Counted from the stretch's first letter, positions 1 through 10,285 are shown. The stretch is 64,000 nt of DNA from Roseibacillus sp. (GCA_051251855.1 JBPOGI010000006.1:256001-320000); one strand, 5' to 3'. Numbers and translations are program-made. The notes: generated by a model not told the origin, from the letters alone.

Positions 1-49
1 CTTCCAGCAGATCCCAGACTGCTTTTTCGAATGTATCTTCAGGGTTCAT
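1..49 (-). CDS. 5' fragment of a probable anti-sigma factor (FecR-like); runs off the window
   Basis: ATG at 49-47 overlaps the sigma stop (ATGA coupling). Reads MNPEDTFEKAVWDLLE. The call rests on its position after an ECF sigma gene. Confidence 0.5.
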   Translation of the reverse strand, partial: MNPEDTFEKAVWDLLE

Positions 50-582
50 GAGGTTTTCCCTCCCGAAAGAAGATGGGATTGAATGCAATTGCGAAGCGAC
101 TCTCGGAGACGGAAGAGAGTGACTCGGAGAGAGTCGTTGGAGCGTCCAGTATCCTTAGTAAGCTGCTCGAGACCCCCCTGTTTGGTGGCATATCGAATGG
201 TGAGCAATTGTCGGTTGTTGGGGGACATCTTCGAGAGGCAATGCTCGAGCGCCTGCCGCCTATCCTCTTGGAAATCGGAAGGCCGGTTCAGGGCTTTTTC
301 TCCGAAAAGTTCCGCTAACTCATCCTTAAAGATGAGAACATTATTTCGTCGTGCATCCTTGCGACGGTGTTCGAGCACTTTGTATCTGGCGACTGTACAA
401 GCCCACGCACCGAAATTGGTCCCTTCTTTGAAGGAGCCTCTCTTTTCCCACAAGACGATGTTCACTTCCTGCAGGACATCGCGCACGTCCGGGCTACCCG
501 GAATCTGAGTGATGATGTATGAGCGGATGATCTCCTGATGCTCGATAAGGAGGGCAACGAATTTTGAGAGGTCAATTTTCAA
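46..582 (-). CDS. ECF sigma-70 factor (Planctomycete/Verrucomicrobia type)
   Basis: Region 2 (DVRDVLQEVNIVLW...NFGAWACTVARYKVLEHRRK) and region 4 (ALEHCLSKM...SLRVTLFRLRESLRNCI). TTG start at 582 is preferred because the ORF-track start at 621 lies inside a terminator hairpin. Confidence 0.9.
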   Translation of the reverse strand: MKIDLSKFVALLIEHQEIIRSYIITQIPGSPDVRDVLQEVNIVLWEKRGSFKEGTNFGAWACTVARYKVLEHRRKDARRNNVLIFKDELAELFGEKALNRPSDFQEDRRQALEHCLSKMSPNNRQLLTIRYATKQGGLEQLTKDTGRSNDSLRVTLFRLRESLRNCIQSHLLSGGKTS

Positions 583-608
583 TTGGGAGAGTGAACAAGG
601 GTGGATAC

Positions 609-641
609 GAAAAACCCGCATCCTGATTCAGAAGCGGGTTT
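609..641 (-). terminator. Intrinsic terminator after the PEP-CTERM gene
   Basis: Stem AAACCCGC (612-619) / GCGGGTTT (634-641) with a T-run on the minus strand, about 30 nt past the stop at 672. Confidence 0.65.
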
Positions 642-671
642 CATGAAATCATAAAGAATAGGGTGAGAGAA

Positions 672-1421
672 TTATCGACGACGTCGTAATCCCAAGCCGA
701 GCACGCTGAGACCCAAAAGGCCAAAGGTCGAAGGTTCGGGGACCACCGCAAATTCGAAACCTTGAATGACAACGGCATCGTTTCTGGTAAGGTTAGTCTG
801 CGAGAGGGTGAAAGAATTTGTGAAACCGAGTCCTCCAGCACTATGGGTGAAGGTGTTTCCAGTGGCAGCATTAGTGTGCTCCGTGTTGAGCCAAATGGCA
901 CCCACATTGCCAGCGTCAGATTGGGGGATTCCAACTGTTGCCAAACTATCCGAAGTGAGGGTGATATTGTCGTTCGCATTTTCTCCAAAGGTCCCGCCAT
1001 AGCCGCCGCCTTGGTTAGCATTCGAGGCGCTTCCGTTCTGGGACAGCAAGGCCACGATAACCAAACTCTCACCTGGCTGTAGTCCACTGACATTGCTGAT
1101 CGTAAATTCAAGCACTTCTGAGACCCCGCCGATGACATTGACAAAGCCGCCGGAGTTTTCGACGTCTGATCCTAACCCTCCGTTATATTGAAAAATATCA
1201 CCGCCGAATGCACCTCCCCCTGCAGGAATCACCGCTGAGGCTGTGACATCGAATGAAACGCCTGTGGGAGTGCCAACCTCTTCGGATGAGAAAACGAAAG
1301 TTCCGCCGCTAATAACAGCGGTTTGGTTGCCCGCTGAAGTGAAGTCAACGATGAGCGCGGCAGAAGCAAGTGGCGCCGCTATTAAGGGAAGTAGGGGAAT
1401 TAAGGTTAGTGTAAGTTTCAT
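672..1421 (-). CDS. PEP-CTERM sorting domain protein
   Basis: N-terminal signal peptide and C-terminal VPEPSTFGLLGLSVLGLGLRRRR (PEP motif, TM helix, Arg cluster). Confidence 0.95.
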   Translation of the reverse strand: MKLTLTLIPLLPLIAAPLASAALIVDFTSAGNQTAVISGGTFVFSSEEVGTPTGVSFDVTASAVIPAGGGAFGGDIFQYNGGLGSDVENSGGFVNVIGGVSEVLEFTISNVSGLQPGESLVIVALLSQNGSASNANQGGGYGGTFGENANDNITLTSDSLATVGIPQSDAGNVGAIWLNTEHTNAATGNTFTHSAGGLGFTNSFTLSQTNLTRNDAVVIQGFEFAVVPEPSTFGLLGLSVLGLGLRRRR

Positions 1422-1521
1422 GTTTTTATGGGTTTGTTTGGAGTGAATAATAGGAAATTGAGATCCTTAGGCGACTATGTTCTTGCACTTTTTTACAGAG
1501 AGTTTGTCTGACCATTTAATA

Positions 1522-1550
1522 ATGATGTGATTCGGGAGGAGCGTTAACAA
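1522..1550 (-). promoter_or_regulatory. Candidate ECF promoter (TTGTTAACGC-N13-CATCAT)
   Basis: The 10-mer is identical to 8611-8620 and is followed by a similar -10-like hexamer. Lies upstream of the PEP-CTERM gene. Confidence 0.45.
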
Positions 1551-1568
1551 ATTTTTTCAGATTCCTTT

Positions 1569-4500
1569 TTAGGGGAGAAGTTCGACTTGGAAGAAGTAGC
1601 GGGCCTCCCCTAGCGGCATGGTTACTTCCACGCTGGTGGAGGACGCGGAACTGGAGGCTGGGAAGTTCCCTTCGAGAGTGGTGTCGAAAGAGAAATCGGT
1701 GCTTCCTTGAATATCATAGCGAGCTCCTTGCGCAGAGGGCCAAGTCAGCAGTACGCTGGTGGCTGAGAAGCGCTCAATACACAGGGAGAAGAAGCTATTG
1801 GCATCAAGAGGATTGGTGCCGGTGCGCACTTCGTCGCCATCCAGATTACTGTCGCCATCAGTATCTGGGTTGTCTGAGTTGGTCTCGGTGGAATCGACGA
1901 GGCCGTCTTGGTTGAGATCTTCGATGGCGTCGAGAAGACCATCCATGTCGGAATCTACTAAATCTCGCCCATCCACTGCGAAGGAAATGAGGAAAGGATC
2001 GTCTGCCAAGGGGCGGGAGGCATCTCCATCACTCGCGTCAACTGAGAAGGTGGGCCAAAGGGCTCCGTAGTCGCCCCATCCCGTGTCGAGGGCTGCTGCC
2101 ATTTCGCGAGCGAGTTCCAAGACCAATTGCGGATTGCTGCTGGAGAGGTCATTCGACTCATCGCGATCGGTGGCGAGGTCGTAGAGTTCGAATTGGTCAG
2201 CATCGTCTTCGTAGTAGAAGTAGATCAGTTTGTAGTCATCGCGTCGATAGGCGGTGAAGAAGCTCGAGTTTTGCGAGTTGGGTTGATGGCGGAGAAGGGT
2301 TTGCTCGCGATGGGTGCCGGGAGTGGAGGAGAGGTAGGGACTGAGGTCGACTCCATCCATTGCGGGGTGGGGGACGTCGGCCACAGAGAGAATGGTGGTG
2401 GTGAGATCGACCACCGAGACGATGTCGTGTTCGACCGTTCCGCCTCCGATGGGCAATTCTTGTTGAAACGCATTGTTCGGGTCTGGTTTGGACCAAGCAG
2501 CGAAGAGAGGAACGTGATAGCCGCCCTCGTAGCAATTCGCTTTCTTGCCGCGAATGGGATAATCTTGAAAACCATTATTGCCAATTTGGTTGCGAGAACT
2601 GAGTGCGGGAGAATCGCTTCCATTATCGCCTGTGAAAAGGATGAGAGTGTTTTCGGCCACTCCAAGAGCTTCTAACTTGGCTCTGATTTGTCCGAGAGAA
2701 GTATCAACCCCTTCAATCATGGTGGCGAAGCGATTGTGATTGGTGCTGACGGCAGCGCTGTAGTCTCCGGTGGCATTGGGATTGTTGGTGAAAGGAGAAT
2801 GCACCGCGTAGTAGGACATGTAGGTGAAGAAGGGCACGCCATCGTTGACGGCATCTTCCATGGAGTCACCGACGGCTTCGGTGAGGGCCTCGGTGAGCCA
2901 ACGACCATTGGCCTGGTAGGCTTCGATGTTGGGGACCTGGTTGTTTCCGGAAGAGTATCCGGGGTTCCCGATGTAGCGCCCCGGGCTGCCTCCTTCGCTG
3001 CCTCCTAAATTGATATCGAACCCGATGTTGAGGGGGTCCGCAGTGTTCAGCTCGTTGGAACCGATGTGGGCTTTGCCGCAGTGGATGGAGCGATAGCCTT
3101 GCGCGGAGAGAAGCCTGGGCAAGCTGGTTTCGGTGGTGTTCATGCCTTGGAAACGCCAGCCGTTGGGGCTGCGATGGGTAGAGACGTTGGAACCGCTCGG
3201 TCTTTCGTAAGTGCGATCTCGATTGAGGTGTACCGTCACTCCGTGCGCGGGAGCGTTCAAGCCCGTCATGAGAGAGACTCGAGTTGGGCTGCACACGGGG
3301 AGAGCGTAGGCTTGGGTGAAGATCATGCCGTCGGCCGCCAACTGCTCGAGGTTGGGGGTGTGATAGAAGTTGTTAAAGCCCCTGACCACAGGCTGTGCGC
3401 TATCGATATAGTTTTCGTAGGAAAAGGGCACTGAGGTGTCCATCACGCCCCAGTCGTCAACGAGGCAGAGAATGATATTGGGCCGATTGGGGGGAAAGCC
3501 AACGTTGACGGTGAGATCCTCGGAGACACTTCCTTCCGCGTTGGTCGCGGTGAGGGTGTAAGTGGTTGTCGCGGTTGCGCTGAGAGAGAAGCTGGTCAGT
3601 CCGGTGACATCGTTGTTCCCGGGGTCGAGGGTCAGGGTGTCGGCATTGGTGGTTGTCCAAGAGAGTTGCACTGGAGTTCCCGGTGCCACAAAGGAGGGAG
3701 TCGCTTCGAAGGTGCTGATACTGGGAGGGGTGGCCACGACGACGTCGCCAGCGATGACTTGGAAACCACTGATGGCCCCACGACCACCATCGGGAGAGTC
3801 GATTGCTAAAGTGAAGTTGGCGGCATTGAGACCCGTGAAGACGACGTAGTTCGAGTAGTCGGCCCCATCATCAATGCCATCGCTCGCAAGGTAGGTGCCG
3901 TCAAAGATGTTTGCGACCGCAGCGGCATCATCATCTTCCACGAATCCTGTGATAGCGGAGCCGCCATTCGGGGTCAGGGTATAGAGGCTCTGCCGCACGT
4001 CGTTTGCACTCGCGTTCCTGCGATCAGAATCAGAGTAAATGATGAGGCTGTATCCTTCGCTGGTGAACTCGGTGCCCAATCCAGTGAGGCTGAGGCTAAA
4101 GTTGTCTGCCGTGTTAGTCGCGAGGTAGGAGTTGAAGAGGTTGTCGTCGCCGATTCCATTGCTCAACTCATTGCCGTCATTTGCAGAGGAGGCCGCGTAG
4201 CCCACGAACCAAGAACCAGAGGTGCCGGAATTGAGAGTTGAGCTGATGGTCGCGGCTGAGCTGTTTCCGACATCGTCTATCAGATCGGTTGGAGAGAAAA
4301 TGATGGCTCCATTGTTAGCCTGGGCATTTCCAAGACTGATGTTGTTCCAATGACTGCCATCGAGAGGAGTGAGCCCCGCTGACTCGCCGGAGGTCAATTG
4401 ATGGTCTGCAAGAGCATCGGAGTCGTTGGCATGAAAGTTGACGCTGATGGAATTTCCAGGAGTGGCAGAGGTTACCGTGATTTCGGCGGTTTCCATGACG

Positions 4501-5552
4501 GAGCTGTTTCCGTCGCTCGCGGTAAGGGTGTAGGTTGTCGTGGTTGTTGGGCTGACTGCGAGTTCAGTCGTGCCCGTCACGTTCAATCCGCCAGGGTCGA
4601 GGGTGAGGGAGGTTGCTCCCGCAGTGGCCCAAGACAAGATTGTGGATTCACCGACACTGATTTGCGTAGGAGCAGCCGAGAAGGAAGTGATTTGAGGGCC
4701 GCCGGTAGTTGAAGTGAGAACAAGGTTGATACTTGTTGTCTCGTAAGTGATGTCAGTCGTGAAGCCTGCAAAGCCGGTGATGCTTTCTGCAAATTCTGTG
4801 GCGTCTGTGCGAGAGCCATAGCTGAACAAAGGGATTGTTCCGGCACCGCCTGTGTAGGAAGAACCGTCAATCGTGAGTGCGGCTCCCGATTGAAGGAGAA
4901 GATTTCCCGTGGTATCGACGGCATCGATTCCTGTCGCTCCAAGAGTGAACTCAAGAATAGCACTCGAACGAAGCTCTAGCGCGCTCCCATTCACAGTGAT
5001 CGAAGCTGAATCTCCCGCTATCGCAAAGGTGGAGTCGAAATCACCTACCCCAAGATCTCCTCCGATATTGAAGGTGCGGTTGGCATTGTTGAAACCGACT
5101 GACAGGGCTGCGGTCCCAGAAAGGTCGTAGAACGAGGTGCCTCCGTCCGGGTTGCCACTCATATCAATACCGCCGATATTGAACTCTCCAGCGGAATGAT
5201 TGATTGTTGATCCGTCCCCCGCGACTCCTCGACCCACGTTGACATTGTTGTTGACGTTAAGAGTGCCGCCATTGTTATCGATGTTGAAAACATGACCGCT
5301 GCGAATGTTCAGTGCACTCGCTGTGCTTGGCGTGATCCCTCCTGATAAATCAGTGATACCCGATCCACCCCCAGCTAAGATACCCGAATCGTTGTTGTCA
5401 GGGATATCGTCCCCAGACCAGTTCGTGGTCACGTTGTAGCTCGTGCTGGTGCTGCCATCCCAGGTTCGAGAGGCGGCAGAGGAGCTGGTGATAGCAAGAC
5501 CAGTCACAGCGAGCAGAGTGCCGAGTTGGAGGCTTTTATGGAAGGGTTTCAA
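1569..5552 (-). CDS. Large secreted modular arylsulfatase (beta-rich N-domain, Ig-like repeats, unknown domain, sulfatase, Asp-rich Ca-binding repeats, C-terminal domain)
   Basis: PNIILCLVDDWG, CSPTR (CxPxR), GKAH, GDNG and ELYDLATD motifs; DSDMDGLLD and DTDGDSNLD repeats. A signal peptide follows TTG at 5552 (ORF track starts at 5648). Confidence 0.88.
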   Translation of the reverse strand: MKPFHKSLQLGTLLAVTGLAITSSSAASRTWDGSTSTSYNVTTNWSGDDIPDNNDSGILAGGGSGITDLSGGITPSTASALNIRSGHVFNIDNNGGTLNVNNNVNVGRGVAGDGSTINHSAGEFNIGGIDMSGNPDGGTSFYDLSGTAALSVGFNNANRTFNIGGDLGVGDFDSTFAIAGDSASITVNGSALELRSSAILEFTLGATGIDAVDTTGNLLLQSGAALTIDGSSYTGGAGTIPLFSYGSRTDATEFAESITGFAGFTTDITYETTSINLVLTSTTGGPQITSFSAAPTQISVGESTILSWATAGATSLTLDPGGLNVTGTTELAVSPTTTTTYTLTASDGNSSVMETAEITVTSATPGNSISVNFHANDSDALADHQLTSGESAGLTPLDGSHWNNISLGNAQANNGAIIFSPTDLIDDVGNSSAATISSTLNSGTSGSWFVGYAASSANDGNELSNGIGDDNLFNSYLATNTADNFSLSLTGLGTEFTSEGYSLIIYSDSDRRNASANDVRQSLYTLTPNGGSAITGFVEDDDAAAVANIFDGTYLASDGIDDGADYSNYVVFTGLNAANFTLAIDSPDGGRGAISGFQVIAGDVVVATPPSISTFEATPSFVAPGTPVQLSWTTTNADTLTLDPGNNDVTGLTSFSLSATATTTYTLTATNAEGSVSEDLTVNVGFPPNRPNIILCLVDDWGVMDTSVPFSYENYIDSAQPVVRGFNNFYHTPNLEQLAADGMIFTQAYALPVCSPTRVSLMTGLNAPAHGVTVHLNRDRTYERPSGSNVSTHRSPNGWRFQGMNTTETSLPRLLSAQGYRSIHCGKAHIGSNELNTADPLNIGFDINLGGSEGGSPGRYIGNPGYSSGNNQVPNIEAYQANGRWLTEALTEAVGDSMEDAVNDGVPFFTYMSYYAVHSPFTNNPNATGDYSAAVSTNHNRFATMIEGVDTSLGQIRAKLEALGVAENTLILFTGDNGSDSPALSSRNQIGNNGFQDYPIRGKKANCYEGGYHVPLFAAWSKPDPNNAFQQELPIGGGTVEHDIVSVVDLTTTILSVADVPHPAMDGVDLSPYLSSTPGTHREQTLLRHQPNSQNSSFFTAYRRDDYKLIYFYYEDDADQFELYDLATDRDESNDLSSSNPQLVLELAREMAAALDTGWGDYGALWPTFSVDASDGDASRPLADDPFLISFAVDGRDLVDSDMDGLLDAIEDLNQDGLVDSTETNSDNPDTDGDSNLDGDEVRTGTNPLDANSFFSLCIERFSATSVLLTWPSAQGARYDIQGSTDFSFDTTLEGNFPASSSASSTSVEVTMPLGEARYFFQVELLP

Positions 5553-5703
5553 AGTGAGATGATTTGAGGGCGGAGAACAATACCTATGAGCCAGTCGCAA
5601 GAAACGGAATTCTTCAGAGCAGGGGAAATGGTAAACAGATGGAAACACCAGGTTTCCACCTGTTCGATGATACGATAGGAGCGGTTGGCTTGGAAAATCG
5701 AAG

Positions 5704-8499
5704 CTACTCCAGTGGAGTCGGGAATTCTTCTACAATGTAGAAAGCCTTGCTGTCTGCAGGCCGAGGAATGGATGCCGTGTTGGTGGGTGGGGTCGCTAAA
5801 ACATTCTCCTGACCAGACACCGCTGTCCATGTCGAAGGATCGGTGTTCAATGAAGTGCTTGCACGAAGAGTGTAAGACATTCCGGCAAGACTTTCCCAAC
5901 TGAAATCAAGGTCGGTGCCGTTGGCTGCATTTTCGATACAGAGCAACAAGGGGTCGGTGCTAATGATACCCGTACCTCCCACAATTTGGAATCCGCTGAT
6001 CGCGCCGCGGCCACCATCAGGAGAAGTAATTTCGAGGGTGAAGCTGTCCGCAGAGAGACCTTCGATGAGGGTGAAGTTCGAATAACCGGCTCCGTCTTCC
6101 ATGCCATCAGTGAAGACGTAGACTCCATCGAAGGTGTTGTTGATCACGCTTGGGTCGTCGTCCTCCACAAAGGTTGTAAGTGGGCTGCCGCCGGAAGGCG
6201 TGAGAGTGAAAATGCTCTGTCGGGTATTGTTTCCAACTCCACCACCACGACGGTCGCTGTCGCTGTAGATGATGACGGTGTAGCCGCCGCTTGTGTAGTC
6301 CGTGCCGAGGCCGGTGACGTTAACTAAAGCTGCATCGGCCGGAGTGCCGTCACCGTTAGGACCATTCAAGGCGAGGTAGGAGTTGAAGAGGTCATCGTCG
6401 TTGCCCGTAAGACCAAGCTCAAAGGCATCTGATGCTGCACTTGCGGCATGGCCGACAAAGTAGGTGCTATCGACTGAGGGGGCGATGGTGGCAGCAGTGG
6501 TATTGCCGGTGTCATCGATAAGAGGAGTTGATGGGAAAAGTGGCTCGAGAGCATGGGCAGCAGGAGAGCCCACGTTGATGTTATTCCAAAAGGAACCATC
6601 GACTGGAGCGAATCCCGCAGTCTCGCCGGTTTCCACCTGATGGTCTGACAAAGCGTCGGCATCCTCAGCATGGAAGTTGACACTGATCGTTGGTCCCGAT
6701 GGAACCGGTGGGTTCTCGGGAATGACGCCAACGGTCACGTCTGCGGTTGTCATGTTTCCGCCGGAGTCGGCTGCGGTGAGAGTGAAAGTCGTGGTCTCGG
6801 TGAGGTTGGTAATCACGATTGAGGTTTGGGCCGAGACGTCGACGCTTCCTAGGTCCAAAGTGAGAGTTGAGAAGTCCTCAGCAGTCCAACTCAGAGTGGT
6901 GTCATTTCCCGAAACGACAAGGGAGGGCGAGGCCTCAAAGGAACTCACTGTAGGGCCGACGACGACAGTGAACTCGGAATCCACCGAGGCGCTCGCGTTC
7001 GTTGCAATCAAAGTGTAGGCGGTAGTTGAGGCGGGAGAGACCGAAAATTCCGTCAGACTGGTGACATCGATGCCGCCGGGATTGAGGGTCAAGCTTGTGA
7101 AAGTCGCCACGTCCCATTCTAAGAGGGTGGAATCGCCAAGGCCGATATTGGGCTCAAGGGTATCGAAAAAGATAATGTCCGGGGTGACGATGATTTCGAT
7201 GGTGTCCTGAACCATGGCAGCTCCGTTGCTCGCGATCAGGGTGTAGGTGGTGGTCTCGGTTGGGAACACGTCCCATGTGGTGAGACCGGTGACATCCTCA
7301 TTCCCCGGGTTCAAGGTGAGGCTGGTGGCATTGTCGACATCCCAACTTAAAGCAGAAAATTGCGTCGAAGTAATCGAAAGGGGGGAGCCCGACAGAGAGT
7401 TGATACGCGGTCCCACTAAAACCTCAAGAGTCTGCGAGTTGGAGGTCGTTCCGTCGCTCGCGGTAAGGGTGTAGGTGGTGGTTACGGTTGGGTTCACCGT
7501 CAAGGTTGTGAGTCCAGTGACATCGGTTGCCCCAGGGTCGAGCGTGAGAGTGGTGGCATTTTCAGAAGTCCAGCTCAGCATCACCGGATCTCCCGAGCTA
7601 GTTTGAGTGACATCGGCAGTGAACGAAGTGACGACCGGAGCCCCTGTGATAGTGAGAACAAGGTCAATGCCTGTTTCGCTATAAACCACCTCGGTACTGA
7701 AGCTTCCGAAGCCGGTAATGCTCTCTGTGAATTCAGTCGCGTCTGTGCGAGAACCATATACGAGGAGAGGAATGGTGGCGATGCCGCCTGTGTAGGAGGA
7801 GCCGTCAATGGTGAGAGCGGCTCCAGTCTGAAGGAGTAGGTTGCCCGTGGTATCGATGGCATCGACTCCAGTAGCGCCGAGAGTGAAATCAAGGATAGCG
7901 CTTGAGCGGAGCTCCAGTCCGCTTCCATTCACCGTGATCGTGGCTGAATCTCCCGTGATCGCAAAGGTGGAGTCGAAATCGCCGACCCCAAGATCTCCTC
8001 CGATATTGAAGGTTCGGTTGGCATTGTTGAACCCGACGGAAAGGGCTGCGGTCCCGGAAAGATTGTAGGACGAAGTGCCTCCGGTTGCGTTGCCACTCAT
8101 ATCGATGCCGCCGATATTAAACTCTCCAGCCGAATGATTGATCGTCGAGCCGTCCCCAGCAACCCCGCGACCCACGTTGATGTTATTATTCACGGTGAGG
8201 GCACCGCCATCGTTATCAATATTGAAGGTATGGCCTGCGCGTACATTGAGAGCGCTGGCTATGCTGGGGGTGACTCCTCCCGATAAATCTGTTTCGCCTG
8301 TGCCACCGCCTTGTAATATTCCCGAGTCGTTGTTGTCAGGAACATCGTTCCCAGACCAGTTTGCGGTCTCGTTGTAGTTGGTGTCGGTGCTGCCGTTCCA
8401 AGTCCGAGTTGCGGCATGGGCGTTGGGGGTAGCCAACAGGGTGAGGCTCCATGCCGTCGAGAGGCAGAGAGCTTTCTGGTAAAAGAGGGATGTTTTCAT
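5704..8499 (-). CDS. Large secreted non-catalytic modular protein, paralog of the N-terminal half of the adjacent sulfatase
   Basis: Signal peptide; RTWNGST...NWSG autotransporter-like beta domain; four Ig/PKD-like repeats (LSW...TLTLxPG...TTTYTLTA); shared ISVNFHA...DGGRGAISGFQ domain. Confidence 0.85.
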   Translation of the reverse strand: MKTSLFYQKALCLSTAWSLTLLATPNAHAATRTWNGSTDTNYNETANWSGNDVPDNNDSGILQGGGTGETDLSGGVTPSIASALNVRAGHTFNIDNDGGALTVNNNINVGRGVAGDGSTINHSAGEFNIGGIDMSGNATGGTSSYNLSGTAALSVGFNNANRTFNIGGDLGVGDFDSTFAITGDSATITVNGSGLELRSSAILDFTLGATGVDAIDTTGNLLLQTGAALTIDGSSYTGGIATIPLLVYGSRTDATEFTESITGFGSFSTEVVYSETGIDLVLTITGAPVVTSFTADVTQTSSGDPVMLSWTSENATTLTLDPGATDVTGLTTLTVNPTVTTTYTLTASDGTTSNSQTLEVLVGPRINSLSGSPLSITSTQFSALSWDVDNATSLTLNPGNEDVTGLTTWDVFPTETTTYTLIASNGAAMVQDTIEIIVTPDIIFFDTLEPNIGLGDSTLLEWDVATFTSLTLNPGGIDVTSLTEFSVSPASTTAYTLIATNASASVDSEFTVVVGPTVSSFEASPSLVVSGNDTTLSWTAEDFSTLTLDLGSVDVSAQTSIVITNLTETTTFTLTAADSGGNMTTADVTVGVIPENPPVPSGPTISVNFHAEDADALSDHQVETGETAGFAPVDGSFWNNINVGSPAAHALEPLFPSTPLIDDTGNTTAATIAPSVDSTYFVGHAASAASDAFELGLTGNDDDLFNSYLALNGPNGDGTPADAALVNVTGLGTDYTSGGYTVIIYSDSDRRGGGVGNNTRQSIFTLTPSGGSPLTTFVEDDDPSVINNTFDGVYVFTDGMEDGAGYSNFTLIEGLSADSFTLEITSPDGGRGAISGFQIVGGTGIISTDPLLLCIENAANGTDLDFSWESLAGMSYTLRASTSLNTDPSTWTAVSGQENVLATPPTNTASIPRPADSKAFYIVEEFPTPLE

Positions 8500-8592
8500 G
8501 GTTTTTTGAGGTTTTGGGCGGACCTGCGATCCTAGATGGTGTGGTCACTCTTTCAAGATGGAAGAATCGCGAGACATTTCAGCCTACTAAAG

Positions 8593-8620
8593 ATGACGTT
8601 TGGGGCAAAAGCGTTAACAA
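8593..8620 (-). promoter_or_regulatory. Candidate ECF promoter (TTGTTAACGC-N12-CGTCAT)
   Basis: Second copy of the motif, about 110 nt upstream of the ATG at 8499. Confidence 0.45.
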
Positions 8621-8741
8621 GATTGGTGAAAGAGAGACTATGTTTCAGATTCTGAAGTCTCTGATGAGGGCGGACGCTTCCAAAATCTGAAAAAAGTCCT
8701 TCTCGCTTTCTGTATAGCCCCCAGTTTTTAATCACGAAATC

Positions 8742-10253
8742 ATGAGAAATACCCCGAGCCGCTTAGGCCTTCTGCTAGCCTTCCTCTCAATCAGCTTTGC
8801 TTCCCTGCAAGCCGCCGAGACTCCGCCGAACATCGTCTACATCCTCGCCGACGACATGGGCTATGGCGACGTGCAATGCTATAACCCCGAGCGGGGAAAA
8901 ATTCCCACTCCGCACATGGACCGTCTTGCCGAGGAGGGGATGCGATTCACTGACGCTCATACTACCTCTTCTGTTTGCACTCCGACTCGCTATGGTATTT
9001 TGACTGGGCGATATAACTGGCGTACGCGCCTGCAACGCTCTGTTCTGTGCGGGTATAGCCCTCCGCTCATCAACCCCGAGCGCGCAACGGTCGCTTCTTT
9101 CCTCAAGCAACACGATTACACCACCGCCATCGTTGGTAAATGGCATCTCGGTCTCGGGTTGCCGTCTACTGATGGGGGGACGCTGAAGAAGGGTGCTAAG
9201 ACTGCTGAGAACATCGACTGGAGCGGGCGCATTGCGGGCGGCCCCATCGACCTTGGATTCGACTACTTCTACGGCATTTCGGCTTCCCTCGATATGCCGC
9301 CCTATCTTTACATTCTCAACGATCGCTTTGTTGGCGAAGGCACGGCCACGAAAGCCTTTCATCGCAAAGGCGCGGCTGAGCCTGATTTTGAGGCTGTCGA
9401 TGTCCTCCCTGAAATCGGCAACAAATCAGCCGAGTATATTGCGAAGCAGAAAGCAGACAAACCCTTCTTTCTCTATGTCCCGCTCGCCTCACCTCACACC
9501 CCGATTTTACCCTCCGAGGAATGGAAGGGGAAAACCGGTCTTGGTGATTATGCCGACTTCCAAATGCAGACGGACCACGTCATTGGTCAGATTGCGGATG
9601 CCATCGACGAGCACGGATTTGGCGAGAATACCCTCTTCATTGTGACCAGCGACAACGGCTGTTCGCCTCGGGCCGACTTTAAAGATCTTGAGAGCAAAGG
9701 GCACTTTGCGAGCGCACAATTCCGTGGAGCTAAGGCCGACCTTTGGGACGGCGGTCACCGCGTGCCTTTCATCGTTCGTTGGCCCGCCCAAGTGAAAGCG
9801 AATACCGTCTCCGACCAACTGATTTGCCAATCGGACCTCATGGCGACTTGCGCCGATATTTTGGGAGAGACCTTGGTTCCCGAAGCGGGTCCCGACAGTG
9901 AGAGCATGCTTCCTGCGCTCAAGGGTGAGACGGTTGTTTCGAAGCGCAACGGGATGATTCATCACTCTATTAGCGGGTCGTTCGCGTATCGCCATGGCAA
10001 GTGGAAGCTTCTCCTCACGAAGGGCTCGGGAGGTTGGTCGAAGGCGCCCAACGTCAAAGGAAGCCCCGAGGGTCAGCTTTACGACATGGAAGCCGACCCC
10101 GGCGAAACGAAAAACCTCTACGAAGAGAAGCCGGAGGTGGTTGCCAAGTTGATCGCTTTCCTTGAAAAAGACATCGCCGAAGGGCGCAGCACTCCAGGGC
10201 CCAAGCAATGCAACGATGCTGAAATCGTGATGTGGAAGGGTAAGAAGAAGTAG
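8742..10253 (+). CDS. Arylsulfatase (S1, formylglycine-dependent)
   Basis: Signal peptide, PNIVYILADDMGYGD, CTPTR, GKWHLG, SDNG, GGHRVP, QLYDM. Confidence 0.95.
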   Translation: MRNTPSRLGLLLAFLSISFASLQAAETPPNIVYILADDMGYGDVQCYNPERGKIPTPHMDRLAEEGMRFTDAHTTSSVCTPTRYGILTGRYNWRTRLQRSVLCGYSPPLINPERATVASFLKQHDYTTAIVGKWHLGLGLPSTDGGTLKKGAKTAENIDWSGRIAGGPIDLGFDYFYGISASLDMPPYLYILNDRFVGEGTATKAFHRKGAAEPDFEAVDVLPEIGNKSAEYIAKQKADKPFFLYVPLASPHTPILPSEEWKGKTGLGDYADFQMQTDHVIGQIADAIDEHGFGENTLFIVTSDNGCSPRADFKDLESKGHFASAQFRGAKADLWDGGHRVPFIVRWPAQVKANTVSDQLICQSDLMATCADILGETLVPEAGPDSESMLPALKGETVVSKRNGMIHHSISGSFAYRHGKWKLLLTKGSGGWSKAPNVKGSPEGQLYDMEADPGETKNLYEEKPEVVAKLIAFLEKDIAEGRSTPGPKQCNDAEIVMWKGKKK

Positions 10254-10285
10254 TTTAATCACTTCGACTTCAATTGACTTATCTC

